64,000 bases of DNA from Nageia nagi. Its lineage: Eukaryota > Plantae > Pinophyta. Shown here in pieces: positions 53,401 to 64,000 of the stretch. The notes under the pieces are model-generated. The model saw only the letters and a program-made list of their open reading frames with translations, was not told the DNA's origin and did no database searches. Each line of letters opens with the position of its first letter. Positions within the stretch are counted from its first letter, which is position 1. The translations under genes were made by a program, and so were the position numbers. The stretch spans positions 25,172,001 through 25,236,000 of the forward strand of contig JBITNC010000001.1 in assembly GCA_050084985.1 (NCBI GenBank), given 5' to 3'.

Positions 53401-56359
53401 AGCATAAGTAAAACATCATCCATTTAATAATTCGAAATTTTAAGAGTCCAATGGGTTTTGTTTACTAACCCCTAAAGGATATTTTTACACCAATCCTTAT
53501 TTTGTACAAGTTAACTTTAATAAATAAATAAATACTTGAGCATAAATATGTATTAATTCCAAAAAAATTGCATAAGTTAACTTTAGGAATTAGGTCCTAA
53601 GCATGCAACATTCTATTGAAAAATAAGTAATAGGCATGCATTATTTAATTTAAGAAGCATTCATTATTCCATAATTTGCACAAGTTAATTCATTAACTTT
53701 GCATAAAGAAAAAAAATGCATAAGTCCATTTATTGCATCAAAGATCTAAAAAATTTAACTAGCATAAGTCCATCCCATCACTTTGCATAAGAAAATAAAA
53801 TAAAAAATTTCAAGTAGCTAAAGTAGGATCCCTTAATAATTTATCTCCCCCCCTTTTTGTTAAAGTAAAAAATACTTAAGGAAAAAAAAAAAAGACCTTA
53901 GTATATAAAATTAGAAGAGATCTTTTAGGAAGTACTAACACTATCAAGTGTTTATTTTAAGCCTTAAAAAAATTCTATCCTTTCTAAAAATAATTTTTTA
54001 AATTTTAAAGAGGTAAAAAAAATGCTCCCCCAAAAAAAATATTATGAAGGACAACATAATAAATGGAAGATAAAACAAATTACTTTTCTTCCTCCAAGAA
54101 ATTAAATGTAAACATGTGACCCATAATTTACTTAAAAAAATTTAATGGCTAATGAGTGCTCATACAAAGAGAAATTAATACCATTAGAGTGGGTGAAAAT
54201 TGCACAAAACTTGCACACAACAATCTTGACCAAGTAATACACAAGGCTTCCATGAGGAGAGGCGCAAGAAGGAAGTCTATTTGGGGCAGGGTAGGCTCGC
54301 ATGAAGGTACCTAGAGGAGGGAGGAGTACGAGTGGTGGGAGGAGGATGTTCATGAGGGCTTGGTGAGGGCAAAGATTAGTGGTGGATAAGGAGACTACTC
54401 GAAGGGAGAATGCATAGTGAAAGTGGTAAGTACCACTTCTTTGTATCATGTAGAGATTTAGCTCTACTGATTGTGGAGTAGTGGTGAGTAGTTATGGTGT
54501 TTTGGGTTGTTAAAGTAAAATATGGGAAATCCATAGCTCTTATTCATCAACTTGTGCTTTGTGATGTAGTGTGGGTGATGGACCTCCTCTTCTCCTGTGT
54601 TCCTTCTTGCTCGGTATCAAAGAGACTTATGCTTTTAATCTCCAACTTGATGAAGACCAAGTTGTCAAGCTTTTTAATGTGGGTCCTTCTATTATCCACC
54701 TTACTAGCTTATACGAGAAAATACAAATGTCCTACAAAGAAAGAGATTATGAAGAAGATATGAGTGGTAAAGAATAACATGGGGTAGCATAGAGGTGGTG
54801 TTTAAGAAACATCATGAGCAGATAGAGGAAGTACTAAATGATTCACATGGGCTTCGATATTTGAATTTCAAAGAACCACATAGTTAGAGAAATAGACTGA
54901 ATAGATAGCTTAGCTTGGGAGAGAAATAGACTAAAGATGGAGCACGATGTGAGGAGGGTCAAAAGCAATGAAATGGAGTTATGCTAGGGAGCAGAGTAAG
55001 GGTAGATTGACCTAAGAGGAGCATATCCATCTATGAGGGGAGAAGATTTAAGGACTCTATAGCTAAGGTGGAGAAGATTAAAATAGCCACGAGCAAGAGG
55101 AGGTGGCTGGAGAGAAGGCTCGATGGAGGAGAGGGCCTAGGAGCTGACTAGCAAGAGGTATATAGGAGTGGAGGGATAGCATGGAGGGAGCCATGAGGGA
55201 TAGCTCAAAGGAAGCTGCAAGTAAGATGGGGCATCGGAGGTGCCACTCACCAATGGAGATCAAGGCCAAAAGGTGGTGATGCTCTCCTCAAAGAGCCACC
55301 ATAGGAAAAAAATATAACATATAGTTTAGAATACCAAAAATTTACTCCCCCTTTTTTGTTATATATATATATATATTTGTATAAAAAACTCTATATTTGC
55401 TTCCACATGACTATTTTTATTCCCATCAAAGTTTTTTTTTATTTTTTGAAAAAATGTTCCTTATTGTGTCAACACAAAAATAGTTTATGAAATATTACTA
55501 TTTTTGTCATATATTGCTATTAAGCAAATGTTGTGATAAATTAAACTAGCATATATATTTAATTCCAATATAATTTTTGTATACTAAACCCTTTTAAAAG
55601 AATTTTAGCAATTAAAAAATTGCAATTAACATAGAGGATTAGTAAAACATAATTGCACCTTTGTTAACCATAATTTAAAAAGGACTAACACATAGCATGT
55701 AATATGTCAGTAGCATAATGTAATAATAATAAAATAACCAAAGGAGGAGGTAAATTATACCTTACAATGGAGATCACTAAGATGTACTTTCCACACTAAG
55801 AAGAAGAGGTTTCACCCCAAGAAGAAGAGCTTTCACACCAAGCTTTGATACCAAATGAAGGAATTGAACTATAACAAGAACAATCCTAAACTACCATGAT
55901 CACATGACAACTCTCAATTCACATCTAACTTATCACATAAAGTAATCTCACAAAGATAACACAATATGCAAGTGGTTCCTCCAACTAGGAGTATATCCAC
56001 TAACTAGATCTTTACTCCAATCACAAATACTACTCTCTTACAATTCTCCTAATCTCAACTCCTACACTTCTATCCTATAGCATAAATTTACTCCACAAAT
56101 TGGTGTGTGATCACAAAGAGGTAGCTTTTTATTTATAGGCCAAAATTCCTCTTTGGATCACCCTTTTATCTAATGTACAAAAGCATGACATGCACATCCT
56201 TTTACCAAAGGGGCATGCTCATGACATGGAGTGTAGGACAAGTTACATTATCATATTCACTTAAATACTTAAGGTATCAAATGATACCCTTAAGTATTAG
56301 TGAATTTACATAGAATATTTAATACAAACCTTTACAATAGTGCATTATACATTCCAACA
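47489..56359 (-). mobile_element. Full-length but decayed Ty1/copia element with 504-bp LTRs
   Basis: LTRs at 47489-47992 and 55856-56359, roughly 90% identical by eye. TSD ACAAT/ACAAC; PBS GCTTTGATACCA at 55842-55853. Broken gag-pol ~52693-48850 (CNYHGIQGYKEIDC, FINDFS, QLDVKSAFFNG, YVDDL, AISWASKKQ). Confidence 0.93.
48457..48710. repeat. Tandem repeats in the 3' UTR of the older copia (110-bp dimer x2)
   Basis: AGTTC(C/T)TCACA.ATGGATAACTGAACAGTG-like core x4 plus a partial copy; higher-order period 110 (48457, 48567). Confidence 0.8.
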
Positions 56360-59300
56360 ACAACTCCTCTAGCTCACCACCTCATTTTCAATCAACTAAA
56401 TATAAAATAGTTGTGTCATCATCCCCTTTCCTTCTTACAATAGAATCTTCTCCATACAATGGAAATTGATAATCTGAGAAGGCCCCTTATGTAGTCTCTT
56501 GAGGGTGTATGTACCTTCCATGTCAACCATGAATTTTAACCACAATTTAGCAAAATACCATAAGATGGGCCCTAATGTTTACAACCACTAGACTTTAAGA
56601 ACCACATCACATCCTCCTAAGGGAAGGAAATAAATATCACTATGCATTTGATAATCACCCACAAAAAGTTTAACATTGCAATATTTTCCCTTATAAGAAT
56701 TTTTTCCATCATTTCCAATCATCACTTCAAATTTATTTTGGGGGTATATGAAATAATTGGCCTATTTGGACACCCTTGGATTAATGAAATTATGGGTGCT
56801 TTTGGAATCAATTTATATAATGAGTGAATCCTTTTTGAAGTAGCCATGATATTTCATTGTTTATAGAGAAGAAATTATTGAAAGAGAATTATAATAAATT
56901 TTAGGTACCTCATCCTCAATATTATCAGGCTCATTTGCTACTTCATATACTATTACCTCTTCTTTGTCATCAATTGATTCTTCAGGAGCATCAACATATA
57001 GCAAATACAATTTTTGTGTATTAAATTGATGACTAGGACCATATGTTTTATCACAATTGTAACATATACTCTTCTTGATATATGCTCCTTCATTTCCTCG
57101 AGAGTAAGTCGCTTGACTATTAATGAACAACTAGGTTTGGGAGAGGAAGAAATTAAAGGAGGTTGAGGAGTGGAAGGAGCTTGTGATTTAATAAATGGCT
57201 AATTCACTTGGTGTATTTGAGCATTGAATTTATCTTCAAAAATTTTAGTTAATGCAATCTCATGCATCATCATTTTTGGATTAAACATCTTCACTTCCAC
57301 TCAAATCTCATCCTTTAAGCCACTAATGAAGTAAATTTTGAAAGATGACTCATCCAACCCTTCAATAAGATTCACAAGTTTTTAAAACTAAGTTTGATAC
57401 TTATTCATAGGTGAAGTTTGTCACAAATTTGTAAGAGATCCTATGAAATCTTCATCGTCGCTTCGAACAAATCAAACAAGTAGATTTTTCATGAAATATT
57501 TCCACGAGGGGGTTCTATTCGCCTTCTCAAACCATTGGTACCATTATATGGCTTATTGTTTAAGGTTAAATGATGCAATATTTAACTTATATGCCTTAAT
57601 AATTTTGTTCAATGAAAAATATTGGTCCTCTTTATAAATCTAGCTAGTTGGATCTTTGCCACCAAAATTTGGAAGCTATCAAACTATTGTGATCTAGCCA
57701 ATTGGTTGTGTCTGATATGGTTGTCCCTATAATTGTTAGAAGCTACCAAACTATTATGATCCTAAACCTGAATTTGTGCCTGTAGTGGATGTTGTTTGAT
57801 TCTATTGTATTATGGCCTAATTGGTGTTCATAGTATTATATTTGGTGCCCAAGTCGACTATAGTCAGTTGTAAGGTGTTCATGGTTCTATTGATCTTATC
57901 AATATCTTTTTTTGCAAGAATTCCATGATTTTATATTTTTTTCTTGAATATTTTTCAAAGTCCTAAGATCTCCTTCCATTTGCCATTTCAACTTACACAA
58001 AGATCTTGAATTACTATTTTTAGAAACTACTATTTTTGGAAACTAAAAAGTGTATTGGTGTTATATATCAAAATGATCATCACAAAAAAATAATCACAAT
58101 GAGATAGGTCTCAAAATGATGATTTTCAAAATTTTATACTCTTTTTCTAAAAATTCATTACCAAAGATAATGAATGGGCACTCTCAAATTTTGATAATTC
58201 CTCAAGGTTTGGGAGATATTAGCCTTGGAAGTTTTTTTCTATTCTTGAACTGTTATTTTGGGAAAATATTTTAAGGGTTTTGTGAGATTATAAAAAAAAA
58301 TTAGGCATAGTTTTGGTTAGAAAATTAATAAAATCTAGGGTTTCACTTCGATGTGACCTTCCAATCTACAAACATTTGGGCAAAGTTTTGATTGCAAGAA
58401 GGATAATTTCTAGATTTTTTGCTCGATGCGATGACATAAAAATGCCCACATGTAACCAAAATCAATGCTCTAATACCACTTGTTAAGAACCCAATAGAAC
58501 TTAAAAAGGGGTTTAACCCCAAATACCAAAGGAAATATCAAAATACAAAATAGCCAGTAGAAATGAAATGTAACAAGTAAAGCAAATGGAACAATGCACT
58601 CATATTAACAAAAATATAACAAATAGTATAACTTTATTGATAGCAATACAAATTGTAAGCTGCTTCAAGGGGCTTCCTCCTTACAACTCAAAAGATAATT
58701 AATTTTCTAAGATACCCTCTTTACTCCTCTTAAAAATATTTATAGACTTCCTACCCTAACTGTAATTGACACTTTAATTCAAATGGTAATTTGCCTTACA
58801 GAAATATAATGGTTCACATTGCTAGTCGGTACAAGTTGCTAATTAAAATAAATAATCATAATTAAACTAGAATTAAATGTTAGGATGTAGGATCCTAATA
58901 GAAACTTGATCACAAACTAAGAAAAAATAGATGTAAGGTCTACATAACTCCTAAGAGGAAGGAATATCTAATGTAAGTAATGAATCTATTGGATTTTCAC
59001 AAGCTCTATAAACCTTTCAATGAATGAGTGCAATTGAAGTCTCTAAAGTGGGTGAAAAAATTAATAATACTTTTGGCACAATATGTTAGACTCCTCAATA
59101 AGGCCAAAAGCCATAAGTAAGTATTCCAACATGGTTAGACTACGAATCCCCAAAAATCTAAAACATGGTTTATGCCACAATAAGCTTTTAATATTCAAAA
59201 TGGTACCAAGAAGCAATATTGTGTGCCTTCCTTATGCTTGCACATTTTGTGTAGATATCTATCAGGTCACTCATAACCACAACATTTGATAGAAATCCTC

Positions 59301-59561
59301 TTTTAATGAATCTTTTATATATTTATAAACCTTATTGCAAATCTCTTAGTTTGGTATGTGCTTTAAGGATGCTAGGAAAGGTGAATTGATCTAATTAGAC
59401 TCTTGTTATTATTTGTTGCATTTAGTAATATTGTGTCAATACCTATTAAGGAAAGCCATGTATTTGGTAATTACCTAAGATTAAAGGACATTATTAGTGA
59501 TACAAGTTTATAGGAGTTGAACACATGTCGAAGAGTAGAATAAGTTGTATATATTTGCTTA

Positions 59562-59754
59562 TTTATATATTTTTTAATGTAAAACAAATGAGGATGGTTA
59601 AAAATTGCCCTCTTAGATCCTTTTAGTTTATATATTTTAAAATGTAAAACAAATGATGATGATTAAAAATTTCCCTCTTAGACCCTTTTAGTTTATATAT
59701 TTTTAAATTTCAAACAAATGAGGATGGTTAAAAATTGCCCTCTTAGACCCTTTA
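59562..59754. repeat. 65-bp tandem repeat x3
   Basis: AAACAAATGA.GATG.TTAAAAATT.CCCTCTTAGA at 59582, 59647, 59712. Confidence 0.9.
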
Positions 59755-59998
59755 AGGAGGTTTCAAACTGCTGTAAAAGGACACATTTAGGTTGTTAAAT
59801 ATACAATTGTACATATACGAGGGAATTTCTAAACCACCTACCAGGGCAATTTTAAATTACCCTAAAAAACTCTAAGGCATAAGTTTAAGGTGGTATTAAA
59901 CCACCAATATAGTTTGAAAATGATGTGAAAACTATCATTAAATGTATTTAAGGGTCATTTGGAACCATCCTTGAAGTACAATTTTGATGTAATGCAAT

Positions 59999-60140
59999 GT
60001 AGAGTTTAAGAAATCAATTAATGGAAAAATTATAATTATGAAAATATAATACATGGGCATTTGTACAGATACTATAAGATCACATGTTTAAGAAACCTAC
60101 TCATGCATCAAATGAAGTAGAGTTCAAGAAACCAAATATT
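59999..60140. repeat. Right-hand continuation of the ~119-bp repeat seen at 44550-44843
   Basis: GTAGAGTTTAAGAAATCAATTAATGGAAAAATTAT matches 44719-44752; ..AACCTACTCA....ATGAAGTAGAGTT matches 44812-44842. Confidence 0.7.
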
Positions 60141-61719
60141 GATAAGTTTTTTTTAACTATAATTTGTATCAAATGGGTTAGTGTTGGGAAGGAAACCTTT
60201 CCTATTACTCGATGATCACCCATATAATCAAGATGCGAAAGTAACCTAGCATGTAGGTGAGAACATGTTACTGAACTCTTCTTGTAAGGATTGATACCCT
60301 AAGGTTTTTATCAAAAATCTCGTATCATTATTATGAGATTTGAATTATGTAGGTCTTGTTTGGGAATCAGTTGAGTGGTGTAATAGAGGTAATAACTGTT
60401 AACTCACATTTTTTGTAGGGATTGAGGTGTTTTATCTTATAATAGTTTGAAAGTTTTCATATGTTTAAAGAAAGTGTAAAATAAAGAAAAGAAAAAGGGA
60501 TGAGAATAGTTTGAATACTGTTGAGATTATAAAGAAAAGGTCACGTTGAAGCAATGTCTAAGGTCTCCTACTTCAAGATCATTCATAAATTTCATTGAAG
60601 GTCCTCCAACTTAAAAATAGGATAACATAAGTTCAATCTATTCTTAAGAGGAGCAGGGAGGAGAGCCAACTATTGATACTTTGCAAGTAGGATCGATGCA
60701 ATGAAAAGAAAGACACGACATGACAAGTGTGCACAAACTTTATTTCAAATGAAGAAATCTAATTTGATATCATAAAAATAAGAAAAGTTGAGAATACATT
60801 CACTTACTATGCAAATTATGGAAGGGAAATGATTTGGGAGTGATTCAAAAACTTTTAAAAAAATTCAAATTTTTTTCCTAAAATTCAAAAATTCTCAAGG
60901 AAAAGAATGAAAGATTCTAAATCCTCTCAAAAAGCTCCAAAATGGTCAAGTCCACAATCTCATAAATGATAAATCTCTTTATTTCAAATATTCCACCACT
61001 TTGTATTAAATTCATGCAAAAATTACAAGGATACATAAATTTGCTAATTTTCCACATATTTTCACTAAAAATATTCTACCTCAAAAGTGACCCCCTATGG
61101 TCTATTTATAGACTTTTTAGGTCAAAATTTGAGGGTGTTTCCCTAATTCTTAAAAAAGCTTTAAAATACTAATTTGAATGCTAAATTGAGATTATAATAT
61201 TGTTTTATTAAGAGAACAATACTCATCCCACTAAAATATGCTAACAATAAAATATTTACAAAAATTGATGCCCTCTAGCATGTATTTTGAGGCATTTTGC
61301 ATCAATTTGGCAAAATTTGGAGCTTCAAATCCTTGTTCTAGATCTTTTTGATAGTATTTTGAACTCCTTTATTTGAACCTATATTTCCTTATGATATGAT
61401 CATTATGGTAAATTTTCAAGGGGTTTTGAGGGGATTTTTTGAAAAAGTGGATTTTTTGGTCTATTTTTTGAAAAATATGGGGGGGTCCAAGATTTGGAAA
61501 TTTTTCAAAAAGTGGATTTCATCTTATGTATGGATGGAGGAGAGGATGATAAGGTGGTTGGCAAGTTTTGAGAGGTTTGTGAGCTTTCTAGGAGATTTTA
61601 TGAAGGATTTAAGATTTTGGCAATTTTTTCCATTTTCATGTCTATGGATTTTTTTTGGTGGAAAAAAATGAAAATTTCCATATGAATGAGAAATGCCTCC
61701 TAGATTTTTTACCCCTTTA

Positions 61720-63190
61720 ACTTGCTCAAATTAAAAAATTCTCAAGTTTAAAGATGCTTAGAATGTCATTTCCCATGCAATGAAGGCAAATGTTTTGAAT
61801 TTTGAGCAAAATTTGATGTTCCTCCTCATGTTAGGCACCAATTTTTAGTTCTATGGATTCCTAATGGCATGAAAATCTATGCGTACCTTCTTGAGGGGTT
61901 CCCATGGCCCAAAATAAAAATTTCAAGTGTTAAACATGCTAGAAATGCCTTTTTTCTATGCAATGAAGGGGTCCAACTCAAGTTTTGAGTGAAATTTATC
62001 AATTTTTTCCACCTTAAGCACCAAAATTCGATCCTATGGATTTTTAATGAGCCCCAAACCTACCCTTATATATTTATGCCTCCAAACTTGCTCAAAATAA
62101 AAAATTTACAAGTTTAAATGTGGTTGAAATGGGGTCTTTCACCCACTTATGCCTTTAAATTTGGTTTTTGATCAAAAATGTATCTCCCCTCCTTGACTTA
62201 AGCATAAAATTCACTTGATTAGAATTCCATTTGGATGCAAACATCTGATTAACCTTTTGGGGCAACTCCCTTGTTCAAAAATAAAATTTTATAGACCTAA
62301 AGTGCCTTGGAATTCCCTTTTCCTTGCTCACAAGCTTCAAAACTTGAGTTTTACATAAAAATTATCTTTTTTTCCTCATGCTAGGTGCCAATATCATCCC
62401 ATTGGATTTCCATAGCCTTGCAAACCTATGCCTAACATTTTGGACCTTAAAATTTGCTCAAAATTAATTTTTCCAAGACCTAAATGTGTTCAAAATGCCA
62501 AATTTCACTTAATGGACACCTCAAACTTGAGTTTTGACCAAATTTTATCAAATTTTTCATTTTAAGTGCCATTTTTCACTTCATTGGATTTTCATAGCTC
62601 CCCAAACCTATGCTTAGGCTTTAGGATGTTAAAAAATGCTCAAAATAAAAAGAAATTCAGTATTACATGTGCTTATAGTGGTCTCTTCCTTATTCCCAAG
62701 CATCTAAACATGTTTTTTGAGCAAAAATACTTCATCTTGTGAATCTAGGTGTCAAAATTTATCCCATTGGATTTGGAATCATTTGGAAACTTGCACCTAG
62801 GAATTTGGGGGTCTAAACTTACTCAAATTCAAAAAAATGAGGACCTAAATTGCCTTGAAATCACCTCTTCCATCCATATATCCATTTACATTTGTATTTC
62901 CATGCATTTCCACTTTTTCTCCATAATCTAGGCACCAAAAATCATCTCTATGGTTTTTCCATAGACTTGAAAAATTGTGCCTAGGATTTGAGTGTCTTAG
63001 ACTTAGTCAAAATTGAAAATTTCAAGTCCTAATTATGATAGAATTATTGTTAACTCTCTAATGACACTCTTAGACTTGAATTTTGATACTATTTGCATTT
63101 ATCTATGAGAAACATGCACCATTTTTCCTCATTTGGGTCTTCAATACCTTGAGAAAATGTGCCTAGGGCTAGGGGTACTCAAACTCTCAT
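61720..63190. repeat. Degenerate ~183-bp tandem array, about 8 units
   Basis: Anchor (C)TCAAAAT.AAAAATTT.AAG at ~61726, 61909, 62092, 62275, 62457, 62639, 62822, 63006; recurring TTTTGAGCAAAA, TAGGCACCAA, ATGGATT and AAACCTATGC motifs. Confidence 0.8.
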
Positions 63191-63199
63191 TTCTAACCC

Positions 63200-63750
63200 A
63201 TTCTGGACTTAATCTGTATTTTCAACCACTTTCAATGTTCCTAAGTTCAAACTCAACTAAAACACCTCTTTTAGCACCTTCAAGCTCAAACTCTACTTTT
63301 TCAATGATTTTTGATCTCAAATGATGCAAAAATGACCATTTCTACCTTTTCGAGCTCAAACTCATCATTTTCCATCAGTTCTAGCACTTCTAGGCCTTAA
63401 GTGTGAAAAAATGATCATTTCCAACCATTTTGAGCTCCACTTTGCATTTTTGACCATTTTCAAGCTTTCTAGGCTCAAATGGTGCAAAAATGAACATTTC
63501 TATTTTATTGACCACTTCTAGGCTTGAAATCAACCAAAACATGCCTTTTTGTGATAATGGTAATTTTTGATCTTTTCGGGCTCATATTTGAAAAAAATGC
63601 TTATTTTTGTCATCTTAGCTACATCCACAACTCTCAAGCTTGAACTTTGCAAAAATGGTCATTTTTGTCACACTTGGCACTTGAGTTCAAATGGTGTAAA
63701 AATGACCCCATCTCTTCTGACTACACTCTAGACCAAAAATTCATGCTTTG
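63200..63750. repeat. Degenerate short-period repeats
   Basis: Recurring TTCTAGGCTCAAA / GCAAAAATGACCATTT / GAGCTCAAACT motifs at irregular 30-70 bp spacing. Confidence 0.55.
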
Positions 63751-64000
63751 ATACACTCCTTGGCTCCAAAAATGGTGCTTCGATACTTTGATACTCTTTA
63801 GGGTCTTCATCATAAAATCTCCTTGAATCGCTCCCTAATATCATGTTTGCACTCTTTAGAATGATCTATCCATCACCAAAAGTTAATCTCAAGGCAATGC
63901 ACCTCATTGCCTTTGCAAAAATAGGGTCTCCAAAATCTTGTATTTTGGGGTGTGTTGTGCAAGCACAACATTAGTAAAATAAAAACAAAATTAGTATAAA

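Larger units (their letters stand above)
46670..58900 (-). mobile_element. Decayed Ty3/gypsy (chromovirus-like RT) split by the copia at 47489-56359
   Basis: 46670-47488: [49 protein letters not shown]. 56360-57700: protease/gag remnants (CYNCDKTYGPSHQ). PBS-like GCTCTAATACCA at ~58467-58478, then TG at 58481; outer LTR end uncertain. Confidence 0.8.
60397..63970. mobile_element. Possible very long LTR (gypsy Tat/Ogre-like) hosting the tandem arrays
   Basis: TGTT at 60397 and AACA at 63970, non-coding, CTATTTATAG at ~61102 like the other LTRs here. No matching TSD, PBS or partner LTR in the window. Confidence 0.3.

Overview
AT-rich, transposon-dominated plant nuclear DNA. The TE types and the GC-rich genes suggest a gymnosperm-like large genome, but that is inference only. 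Two intact host genes are present. One is an intronless cytosolic HSP70 (8743-10677, +) with heat-shock elements and a TATA box. The other is a two-exon GH17 beta-1,3-glucanase with a signal peptide and hydrophobic C-tail (43513-42281, -). The rest of the window is TE-derived or repeated DNA: (1) a tandem array of a ~2.7-kb dead L1-LINE ORF2 segment upstream of HSP70; (2) a duplication at 10.1-kb offset whose second copy begins in the last codons of HSP70 (EEVD*), with ~4.4 kb of it surviving; (3) a decayed Ty3/gypsy element; (4) a fully intact, very young Ty1/copia (30888-36904; identical 272-bp LTRs, ATCTA target-site duplication, 1401-aa ORF) with an anomalous CpG/CGCG-rich 5' leader; (5) a PMD-domain remnant, a tRNA-derived SINE and LINE remnants; (6) an older copia nested in a gypsy; (7) a degenerate ~183-bp satellite-like array at the right end. 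I cannot demonstrate a new biological system from sequence alone. The best candidates for follow-up are the CpG-island-like copia leader, the LINE-derived macro-tandem array and the duplicated HSP70 3' end. Coordinates of decayed elements are approximate, and identities were judged by eye.
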